Source of the DNA: Candidatus Omnitrophota bacterium
GTDB lineage: Bacteria; Omnitrophota; Gorgyraeia; Zapsychrales; JANLHA01
DNA: 64,000 bases
NCBI GenBank assembly: GCA_040753435.1
Contig: JBFMEN010000052.1
Coordinates: forward strand, 129 to 64,128
Direction of reading: 5' to 3'
The position numbers and the translations under genes are program-made. Shown here piece after piece: positions 27,001-39,000 of this stretch (positions are counted from its first letter, which is position 1; every line of letters starts with the position of its first letter). The notes beneath the pieces were generated by a model. That model was not told the DNA's origin, ran no database searches, and saw nothing but the letters and a program-made list of their open reading frames with translations.

Positions 27001-30000
27001 CTGGCCTGGCTCTCGTTTGATTACGCGACCTACGGCGAACGATGGGGCTGGGTGACCAAGATCACGGCTTTGTCTGAACATGGGTTCAATACGATTGTCC
27101 GCGCCGCTAAAGACCTGGTCGATACGGATGTGAATGTGGGTAAAGGTCTTATGAGAAAGAGCGCTTTTGATGATATGGCCGGCCGCGAATATACCTCTGA
27201 AGATACGGCCATGAGCAATAATCAAGTCCCGGCAGGCAAGCAGTCACACTACACCCACAAGATCCGCATCATGCAGTCGGTTGAAAAGACACAAATGGAG
27301 GCCCATGGGTTTATTACCCGTTTCGGTTCGTCAGTTGTTGAAATGTTGATCAGCGGCATTCCATATCAGAAGTTCCTGAGTTCAGCGGCTCACTGGACAG
27401 TCAAGCTCGGAACGCTGTTTAGCCACGGTTTTTATGTGAACGAGACCTGGATCATCTGGGCCAATATCGTAATGGTCATTGCCGCGTATTTTCTGCCGCT
27501 TAATATTTACGCTTACCTGGCATTGCCGTATTTCGGTATCGGGCTTGGTCTTTCTCTCGCTAACGCCATCAACGCCTCCGCGCAATCGCTTCATACATAC
27601 AGATTCGGATGGTTACGCGGTGCTGTTGTTTACTTCGCCTTCTTCTGGTTGTACCTTGCCTATTACACAGCCTTCATTCCGGTGCATGATCAGAAGGTAA
27701 TGGAAGGATTGAAGCGCCAGGTTATTTTCTCTCTCAGTCCGCGTATCAGTGATTCGATACGTCATCCTGCTAAAGAAGTTTATAAGCGCTTTAAGCCTTC
27801 GATTCAGAAGGGAATTATAATTTGGGCGTTCCTGCTGTTGGCGCCGTTCCATCCCGTGGCAACTGTTATTAATATTTTCTTCTTTACCATGACCTTAAGC
27901 TGGATCTTCGCGCCGTTCCTGTTTAACTACCATCCGAAGTTATTGGCACGAATAGGGCTGGGATTGAGAGATTCTGTTTTGGGAATCTGTTTCGCGTTAA
28001 AGGATATGCCCTTCGATTTATATGCAAGGGTTAAGAAAATGATAAATGACAAGAGGTTTAGAAAACTGGTTGCAAGGAAGGCAGAAGATAATAAAAATAA
28101 AAAAGAAATAAAAGAAATTTTTGCTAAGAAAGATCCGCTGATTTTTGCCAAAAAGATGAAAGAAAAGGCAGCAGAGATTTGGAATGGTTTGGAAACAAAA
28201 GAACAGATAATTGTTGAATTAAAGATGTGTGATACGGAGGGAAAAGCTATAAAAGGTCAGAAAGAAATGATGATCCGCAACTTCTTCTTTGAACTCGTTG
28301 ATCATATTGATCAAGATGGATTGCTGCGCGATGCCGGACAAGTTTTTGACCACGCCGAAGATGCAATCATGAAGCCGGAAGGCAGAGACGCCGGGAAAGA
28401 CGCGAAGAAAGGCTCTGATACAACGCTTCGTTCCTTCGCGCTTCCGGCTGCGCTGATCACCTATGGCATGACGACCGCCAACACCAACGTCGTCGCGGCC
28501 GGTCTCTTGAGCCTCATCGCCTTCGCCGCCTGGTTCGCGCTCAGGACTCCGCTCAGATCGTTCCGGTCGATGAGTTTTGTCAAAGCGCTCTTCTCCCAGT
28601 TCGCTTTCATTTATGAACAGGGGGTCCTCAAGATCCGCGTAGAGACGACCGGGGAAGCCGATGAGACCATTGCCCGGCAAGAGAAAGCGGCCAGGGAAGC
28701 CGAAGCGGCTTTACAGACAGCATTTGCTCAGCGCCGAACGGGATCATCGCCCGTCGGCTCCGTTGTTCACACATCTGCTTCTTCCAGGAAAGAGTTAGCC
28801 TTAAGGGTCTGGCGAGATTACTTTGAAGGAAAGGTCGGGCAGGATCCGGCCATGCTGGCCGAGGTAATTGAGCTTCTCAACGCCCAGCCGGAAGTCCGCG
28901 ACGCCGCCATGATCGCCGGACCCGACAGTGAATACAGCGAGTTCTGGAGAAACGCAGCCCGCAAGGCCGCTGAAGCCGCCACCGCCGCCCAGCCGGAAGA
29001 TGACGATCAGAATCAAGAAGATAGCCGCGTTGGGCACATTAATGCTGAAACCGAAAAAGCTTTTTCGATGGAACAATCCGATAACGCCATGGTGACTGAA
29101 TCTTCTGACATTGAGTCGGACAAGAGGACGCAGGCCAAGGTTCAAGAACCGCCAATCCTTGAAGGGTATAGAAAAATTTATGAGGAGATATACAAGAAAT
29201 CAATTTCGAGGCCGTTTGGAACTAATCCTGAAAATCCGGAATTGGCGACAGACTGGTTCTTGACCGAAGAAGCTGCACTGCCGCACTTTGCTATTTTTGT
29301 TAATCCCTCACCTGAACTTGCGCAAAAAATCTTGTCCATTCAGCAGGAGTTTTTCCTTCGGTTACCGCGATCGATACAGCAAAAATTCGTCCTTATACAG
29401 CCGCATGATTTCCATGTTACGTTTACAGGCGTAAACTTTTTTAATGAAGCAACTGATTCTGAAAAAGCAGTTCGGGCGGCAGCAGAGATTGTTCAGAAAA
29501 GACAGGGATTGACGCCGTTTGAGTTGAAGCGCATTGGGGTGTTTGAAGGCGGAGCTATTATGATTGAGGCCTATCCCAAATCTGATGAATCTTTGCGTGC
29601 CTTAACAGCAATTCATCAAGAGCTGCAGCGCTCCTTAAATCGACAACCGATGTTTGCCTTGCCGTTGTTCCATCTGACCCTTGGATATATAACGACGCGT
29701 CTGACACAGGAAGAACATCAAGAATTAGTAAACATTATTGAACAGTATCGAGGGGATTTTAATTTAGAGTTTGCTTTTGATAGAGCGATGACTTACAGAT
29801 GGGATATTGACCCCGATGTGAAATCGGGAAGAGCCGCGATAACAAAAGAGAAATTTTTTGATGTGAAAGAACTGTCTGTGATCGAGATCGGGAAAGAGAA
29901 TATCAAAAATGATTCAGAAAAGAATTTTAACAACGGTTCGACGGTTCTTTCCTTCGCGTTGCCGACCGCGGTGATCGCTGCCGGAATGACAACCGCCGAC

Positions 30001-33000
30001 ACCGGGGTCGTTGCCGCGGGCCTCTTGAGCCTCAGTGCTTTCGCCGCCTGGTTCGCGTTCAAGACTCCGTTGAGAACATTCAGCCCGTTGAGTTTTGCCA
30101 AAGCGCTTTTCTCCAAATTTGCCTTCATCTATGAACAGGGAGTCCTCAAGATTCGCGTTCAGACTTCCGGCAAAGTCGACCTGGCCGCCGATGAAGCCGA
30201 GCGCAATAAAGTGGACAACTCCATAGTATCTACAGCAACGCCTTCCATTAACAAACAAACGCCTGTCGGATCGGTCGTTCATACGTCCGCTTCGTCCAGA
30301 AAAGAGTTGGCCTTAAGGGTCTGGCGCGATTACTTTGAAGGAAAGGTCGAGCAGGATCCGTCCATGATGTCCGAAGTTATCGAGCTTCTTAACGCCCAGC
30401 CGGAAGTCCGCGACTCCGCTATGATGGCCGGACCTGACAGTGAATACAGCGAGTTCTGGAGAAATGTAGCACGAAAAGCGAAAGGCGAAGAGCGAACGGC
30501 GAAGAGCGAAACGCGAAAAGATGATTCAATATCGGCCGCCGCACCTGATGATGAAGAGATCAAAGGGGAAACGATTCCGGCTGCCACCAACACCGCCATT
30601 AACACAAACACTGACACAATCACTGACACTAACACTATTCCCTCCGACGCCGCGATGATTTCCGCGATTGAAGAAAATGCAGCCGCGCTCACCGCCCAGC
30701 CGAGGGTCATTATCGTTGCGGGCGTCTCCACCGCAGTCAAGAGCAGATGCATCAACAGTCTTCTTAAGGAATTTCAGGATCGGTTTATTTCGCCTCTCCC
30801 GGTCCGCGATCAATCCATGCTTTCGAAATTAAATTCTGTTGAGGCCGTGAGACCAGTCACTGCAGCGAACACTTCCGTGGCTGGAAACTCCAAAGGGACC
30901 GGGTCCGCGGCCTCGCCGATGATTACGGGAACGGACAAAGTTGAAATCAGCGTCGAGGCAAAGATTCTGCACAGGGCCGGTCAACTGCTCGCCGGACGGC
31001 CCGCGGCGCCGGATATTGATGAACTTGTTCGTTTGTTAATGAACGATCCGGTTGTCCTGAGTCTGGCCGGATCAATGGAAGCGGCCCGCCAGATCCTTGC
31101 CGCGATGAAGGAACCGTTGAGAAAGGTTCCGGAAAATAAAACCCGAAAGGTGGAACCTGTCGAGCGGACCGATGCGGAAAGATCTTTTGATTCTGCCCGC
31201 CGCGACCAAGCCATGGTCTCGCAGGTCGCGACCGGAATTGATAAAAATAATATTGTTCAATCGGACATAACGGAGGAAAGTCCATGGAAACATTCAATGA
31301 AATTCAGGTCCGAAGCGTCTTTGATGGAAGCGAGGGACGATTTGTGGCCGCCAGTTACGATGGATGGACCTACGAGTACAGGTTCTTTATTCATCAGAAC
31401 GGCGAGATCAAAGGAAGGACGTCCGGTGATTCCTGGGTCGACATCAGCTCAAACACGGCCGGGATCATCAGATCAAAGGTGGACCGGTATCTCGGATTTA
31501 ACCCGGAAGAACAGGACGCCTGAAACATTATTCACGCGGCTTTTGAAAATAAAGTCCCGGAGTGATGAGGCGGTGTTAAGTGATTTCAGGAGCTGGAGGA
31601 TCGAAGGGTTCAGACAGGCTCCCGGATACAAGATCCAAGAAACCGGCGGCGATGCAGCGATACTCGCGGACGGAAAAGAAAGAAAAGAGGGATTGTTTGA
31701 TCTGCGAGATCGCCTGGTAAGGGAATTGGGCGAGGTTTCAACTCTTCTGGAAAGGGTCCCTCCGGCCGTCAGCATTTTCGGCGGAAACAATAGCGGGGAA
31801 AAACTTTACCTGTTAAGTTCAATCCTGGGATTTAATTTGGCCCGGCGAGGGTTCACTCTTCGGACGGGAGGCGGACCTGGAGTTATGGAAGGTCCTCTTC
31901 TGGGCGCCATCCAGGCAAGAGGAGCCTCTCTCCCGGTTAAAATAAGACTTTCTGTCGCAAGAACGCTGCTGCCGTTCCTGAAGTACGTCCCGCCGTCTGT
32001 TTCTCAACGAATTCTGTCGGGGCAAAACCAGGGATTCAAGATATACATTCCCGACCAGCCGCTGAGTCCGCATGTCGAGATTCCAGCGCATTTCACGCAT
32101 TTTATTCCGAGAAAGATTTCGTTAATGCGTGCGGTTAAAGCGATCGTTGTTTTGTCCGGTGGTTTTGGGACATTAGACGAGCTTTTTGAGTCCATGCGGA
32201 CCGACGGGCATATCGTAGCCCTTCCCTTCTGGAAACCCGTTATTAAGCAGATTGAAAAAGCCTGGGCGAACCGCGGCTGGGGAGAGACGATATCAGAAGA
32301 GATTTCCTTCAGCGAGGACCCGGAAAAGAACGACGCCGGCGAGATCTCTGCTAACATTGTTGATCTGATTGGACAAATGGACTACGAATTCAATCAAAAG
32401 AATATGGAGCTTCCGTCCGATTTGAATTCATTAAAAGCGATGATCCGTGAAGCGCACCGGGCGCTGACCAGCTTGGCATCTTTCGAGAAGGGGATTGTTG
32501 TCGCGGGGAGTTCGAACCCTGCACATATTCATGAGATTGTAATTGCCCGGAAGCTTGGAGCGTGGGCGGCTAGAAACCAGATGCCGCTGCGCTTCGGCGG
32601 GACAGGCCCGGTCACAAAGGCCGCGATTGAGGGGATGGGAAGCTGGTATGGCCGGATTCAAGCCGTCCTCATAGATGAAGATACGGGCTGCTGCAGGGAT
32701 AAAGATGTTCTAAGGCAACTATATTGGAACGGTAAAGTTATTAAAACTATTGACCGGATCATCCATAAACTCTTGTTGAAGGAAAACGTCCTGGGTCATG
32801 TGATTTTCCCCGGGACGTGGGGAACCGTGGATCTTTTGACCGATATCATGGATGTGCGGCATATTCATTATTTCTCGAACAAGAGGGTCTGGCCCCAAAC
32901 GCCGCTGATTCTGGTTGGGAGAAGGTTCTGGAATCCGATCATGGAAACCGTTTTTCAAACTCTCGAGTCCTATTTCTCGCCGGGAGGCCGCGAGATTGTA

Positions 33001-36000
33001 CAGATTGTCGACACCAGCGATGAATTACTTGCGAGACTAAATATTCTTTCTCGGGGATCGAAGGTCTTTGCTCAAACGGCAGATCTCGCTGACGAAACGG
33101 CCGGGAGAGTTCGGCAGAACATCCGCGGCGATGCAGCGATACTCGCGGACGATAAAAATTCCCGGAACACAAACGGGCCTGGATCATTTGTTCATGAAAA
33201 ACAGATGGTATGGGAATATGGAAATTCTGAAATCATGACTTCCCGCGCTCGCCGTGCCCGGAGCTTCATCGGGGAAAACCTGCAGAGAATATTGAACAAT
33301 GGATTTTATCCGCGCCCGGCGAAGGTGGTCAATCTGGGATCCGGGTTGGGAGAGTTTTCGGCTTCGCTGGCGGAGCTTGTTCCGGTCAGGATGTTTGATG
33401 TCGACATAACAAACTTTGCCGGGAGACATAACAAGTCTGTTCCCTTTGTCCAGGCGGATGAAAGACCGTCAAACAGCACGGATTTTGATAAAGATGACGA
33501 CACGCTTGTCATTCTGAAAAGATCGGCGCGGGAATGGGCGCTGAAACAGAGAACGGGATCTCTGGTTCTGCGCGGAAAGGTCCTGCCCTATGCCTATGGA
33601 ATTGTTCTCCAAAAGCCGTTGACTCAAGAGAACCGATCGTCGGATCCTGCCATCGCCGGTAGTGAGAGGCAAGCCGGAACAGACGCGGGCCTTTCAGATC
33701 TTGAACAGAACGCGAAAGACCGGGCGATGTTGACGAAGGGAGAAGAGAACGGAAAAGACGCGGCGACCGGATCCGTTAAAGGGCAGCGGACCGCAGGTAA
33801 CGACAGAAAGAAGATTGCGCTGGCGCTGAAGCTTATCGAGAACCCGGATATCAATATCATTGCAAGGCTTTTTGATGATCCTGATGAGGAGGTCCGCATC
33901 CTTGCGTCGATTGCGGGGGCCCGCTTTGTTGTTCAAAACCTGCAGGAGCTGATTGCTCATCATCTGCGCAATCCATTAACCGGTATGGGAGGTTTTATCA
34001 ACAGGATAGGAAACAAGGTCTCCCGTCCGGCAGAAACAACCGGTCCTGAGGCGATTGATCCTGACGCGGATATTCAAAGAGCCGCCAGCAAAACCAGGAT
34101 TGCCGGCAAGACGGCAGAGATTATCGGTGCCATGACCGATATCGAAAAAGATTTAAACGAAATCTGCCTCTATCAGGAAGAACAGGATGAATCGGCGCTG
34201 GATGCGTCGGTTATTTTCCTGTCGGGAGCGCTCAATGTCCTTTCGGAAAAATTCATCGCCATGGAGGGTATGCTGCGTGAGTTAAACGCGCAGGTCCTGG
34301 AATTAACGGCTCAAACCGCGCCAGCTTATATTAAGGAGAACGAGTCGATCACGAGGGCGATGGAAACGATAAACAGGGAACGCGGCCGGATCAAAGAAAT
34401 ATTCGATTCGTTGAGAGCGATGTCGGAATACAAGGATTTGGATTTTACGGAAACCAGCGTCGCGGATGTGGAGGAAGAAATCTCCGGCCTTGAAACGGAC
34501 GGCGTCAGGGAAGGGGCTCCCCTGGCCAAAAGGATTCTTTATGTCGATCCCAGGATCAGGACAGGAGAAAAACGAGTGATGGCGCCGAGAGCGCTTAAGG
34601 AGATATTGCTCCACTTCTTTAAAAATGCCGCGGAAGCAAACGCGTCAAATATCGGCCTTGCCTTCCGCGAGGAAGGGCGGCGGCTTATTGTTGAAGTTCT
34701 GGATGACGGCTCGGGCATCTCTGAGGCCGACGCACAAAGGCTCTTTTTGCCGTTGTATTCGCGGCTTTACACCAGGTCTCTTTTCCTGAGCAGACTTCAG
34801 TCTTCATTAAAAGCGATGGAAGGTAATTTGTCCGTTGATATTGCCGGCGCGGATCTTATTAGAAAATATTTTAGTGAAGCCTGGCCGCAGCCCGGTATTC
34901 ATGCGGCGATTGCCAGGGCGGCAAGGGGCAGGGAGGAAGCCCAGGACATCCTCCGCGTTCTGGTTTTGCGCGAACTTAATTACGATCAGCTTGTTGATCT
35001 CCTTGAAGGGAAAGTCAAAAACGTCGCGGACGTCGCCGAAAAAATTATCCAGAAGAGAGTATCCGTCAGATATGGAAGGAAGACAGGCAGGGAGATCCTC
35101 GGGGAATTTACGAGAAGCATTCCCGATCTTTCCGATTTTGAAATTCTGGCGCTCCTGGAAGAATCGGCGCAGTGGATGCTTCCGTCCCAGGCATTCCGGG
35201 CGATGTTGGCCTTCGGGCTTCGCGAGCTTAAAGAAGCAGAGATCTTCACGGCGCTTTCCGTTCCTCAAATCAGGGAAAAGATTATAAACAGCGGCGGGAC
35301 CGTTGATGCAGTTGTCGGGAAAATCCAGGAGTTGAGGCAAGGCGTCGCCGGTTACCATACCCGCTTCATTCTTGAGTTTCCTTTGATTTTCGACGATCCG
35401 GAACTCGTCGTCAATCTTTATGAGATGTCGAAAAATATCAACTCGTTCCATAGCGTGACGCAGAGACTCTTCGCGGGAGGGGCCGCGGAAGATATCAAGC
35501 CCGGGGAAATCAGGGATGTTCTCGAGGACATCACGCTCTTTGTCGGAGAGAGATTTGATTTCGGCCTTCGGTATTACAGCGACGCTTCGCTCAAAGGCAG
35601 CGCTGTTTATGATGAGGTTGTTTCCCATTTATCCGCGTTGCAGGATCGGCTGGAAGACTATCGCCGCGGGATTCTCAAAGGCCGGCAGCAGCCTGTTTAT
35701 GAGCAGATGAAACTGCTCGAAGATTTGCTGTTAAGGACACTTTCATTCGGGAAAAGGGCGCTGGGATGGCATTACGGCAACTCCATGAATTCTATGACAC
35801 CGTTTAAGGACATTGAACGAAGCGTCTCTTTTGCCAAAGAGCTGCTAGGATTTTCCGGCATCGATACCGGCAGTCTGAAGATCAATCTTGAGTTCGAGGA
35901 AGGGGAGCTTCCATATATTCCTGTTTTCTCATATCCCGACATCATCATGACGATTATTGAAGAGCTTTTATCGGGAGGAGTGAAGCGTGGAAGCGCGACG

Positions 36001-39000
36001 GAGATAAACATCAGGGTCGGAATGAAAAAGAACATTCTGACCGTAGAGTTCTCGGATAACCGCAAGAAGGTTTCTTATATTGATCCGAAATGCATGTTTT
36101 TGCAGAGATCCATGGGGCGCGGGCGAGGGACGGGCTTTGGTATTTTTGCCCTTCGACGGATCGTTGAGGGCGTGCTCGGAACCATGAGCATCGAAAACAG
36201 GGGCGTGACGACCAAGTTTATCGTCAGTCTTCCGGTAAGCGCGCAGCCGGCCGTTCTCGGGCTGCCGTTGTCGAAACAGTCGGGCACTTACATGTTAAGC
36301 GGCGAAGATGCCCCGGTCAAGAAGGCGCTGGCCCGATACCTGTCCGGAGCGCTCGGTTTAAGGTATATCAACGCACGCTTCCTTGAAGAGGCGGTCATTT
36401 ATGTTCTGATCGAAGAATTGCTTTTGCCGGAAATAAAGAAGGCCGGAATCAGCATGGATAATGAAAACGCGATTGATGCGTTTATTACAGAGAAAATCAA
36501 CGAGATCGAAGATTTTGTCTCCGCTTATTTGAGAGAAGACGGTGTCGACTATAGCAGGGAACCGTTAAGGATCAAAATTCATGGAGAATACCGAAATAGT
36601 GAGGGGTTGTATCTGTCCGGAGTGTTGAAAGACGTCATTAAGGAATCTTACCGGCAGGATTCCGGAAGGAAAGTCATATTTGAAAGGGTCGTTCGAATGC
36701 CGTTCTTTAAGACATTGCTGGAAACATTTATGGTTGACGGGGGCGGGAAGATCCTTGAAAACGGAGGATTTAACGGGATCATTCTGCTCAACGGTGCGGT
36801 CATCGGAAACGGAGATCTTTTGGCCAAAAAAGAAAGCGGGGCGATCCGGTTACGCGTTGACGGTGAAAAGAAGAAAGGAACAGTCTCAAGGAAATTGACG
36901 GTCTGGGACGGGAATGAAACCGGAGTCTTTGCAGAAATTGATTTGAACGCGAAGAACAGAGAAAAGATCGCGGAGGCTGTTATTCATGCCCGGCAAAAAA
37001 TGGACGGGGCCATGCTGACGGGATTGCAGGAGAAGAGAGATGCGCAACCGGACAAGTCGACGGCGGCAATTTCTTCCGGTATTTCCGGTTCGCTTAAAGA
37101 TCAGGTGATTTTGGCTAATGGCGACAGGGCCATGATTGCCGAAGGTAACGATCCGGTATTTTCGCAGATTTTGACACCTTTTGAAAAAGAGAATGATGTC
37201 ATCGTTCCAAATGTTAAAACAGGACCTGCAATCAAGCTGATTTATCAAGTGGATCATATGACTATTTCCGGGATCGTAGGGTTGTCCGAAACCAGAGAGA
37301 CTACCGGAGATTTCTTGCTCATGTCCGGGACCACGGCGGTGCGTGAAACCAGGAAGCTTGCCAGAGATTCCTTCATGCCTTTTAATCGCAAGCTGGATCT
37401 CTGGACATATGCCCCTATCGGTCTCAACCCCGTTGGCAGATACAGGAACCGGGGCATCAGTGAGACATTTTTAGCCTGGCTGTCGTTGTTGGCGTTGAGA
37501 CAAGGCTTTGATGAAATTTCCTGCCGCACCAGAGGGGTTCATAACGCCTACGTCTTCCGGAAATTCTTTGCAGATAAAGTTGTCTTTCCGTCGGGTAAAA
37601 TAATTGACATGAAGTTTTTCCCCTATGCCCTGACCAAGGCTGATAACTCCCTGCTATGGAATAAAGATGCGTTTGAGTTTTTCGGTCGACCCAGGATACC
37701 TGCGAATGTTCATATGGCATGGGCTGATTACGCGATGATTGGTTCACAAAGAACAAATTTACCGTCGACCGATTTCCGAAAGTTCCTTCTTTCCCCCGCC
37801 ATCGAGACGCCTGTGCCGGATCAGGCTACGGTGAAAAACTTATCAGACAGCGAGCCGCGATCGGAATCCTCTTCCCGGGATAATGCTGTTCTTGGCGATG
37901 CAGAAGATGATACTGAGCCGAAATATTCTTTTGGCATCACAACCAGAGGCCCGGGAGTGAGACTGGCGGTCCCGGGCGCGCCTTATAACAGGACGGAAAA
38001 ACTTGCGGATTCGGCGATGGTTACGGAAAACACGAAGCCTTTTGTAAATGATTATGTTAATGAGGAAGGGATCCGCGACGATATTGATCGGGTTATATCT
38101 GCCCTGGACGGCCTTCTGCTCAGGGATTTCTGTTCGGACTGCATGAGGAAAAAGATGCTCGCCCTGCTTGATTATCGTGGTCCCGGGGCGAATCTCGTGC
38201 GTAAGGCCGTACGGCAGGCCGTGTATTCAGCAGCCGCGTCTCTGCAAAACGGGAAACAAACAAAGGCGTCGAAAATACTCGGGATTTCAGGCGAGATATC
38301 AGGTCTTTATGAGGTCGTTATCAAGCGCGGGACGACACTGGAAGGGATTTATTTAGGGGAACTCTCGGATGTGAACGGAATCATCCGGGTGGGCGGCGTG
38401 GCGGTCAAAGAATTCGACGCGATCAGCAATAATACGGTCTTTGAATTTAAGTTCCACCTGACCCTCAGAAAACTGTACCAGCAGGTTTTCGGAATCGATT
38501 CCGCCGGCGCGTCTCATTTAAAGATTATCCGCAAGGCCGGACGGTTCCATAACATCAGAAACATTGTTTATTTCGGCGAAGTGGACTACGGGTTTGTGTC
38601 CAGGGCGATCCATGCGTTCCTGGTGAACAGGCGTCATCTCTTGCCGCGCGTTAACATTGTGAACAAGGGGTTGTCGGTAAAGTTTTCGTTAAACGAAATT
38701 AATGACTTTTTAACGAGCGAAGACGTCCTGAAACTGGTTAATGAAGAATCACGGGCCCAGGGAGCCCGCCATTATCTCGGCGACGTGATCCGGGAAAGAA
38801 AGAATATTATTACAAGGGGGATTCGAAGATTTCAGAAGGAGTTGCCGGCGTCAGCGAAGTTCGATGTAATCATCGCGATGAGTAATGCGCCGAAAGATGT
38901 TTTGAAAGATATTTCGAAACTGAAGCAAAAAACGAAGAGGCGCGATCATGCCATGTTAGTCAGGGCGACCGGCGGCGATGGATTCATGAAAACTTTTGCG

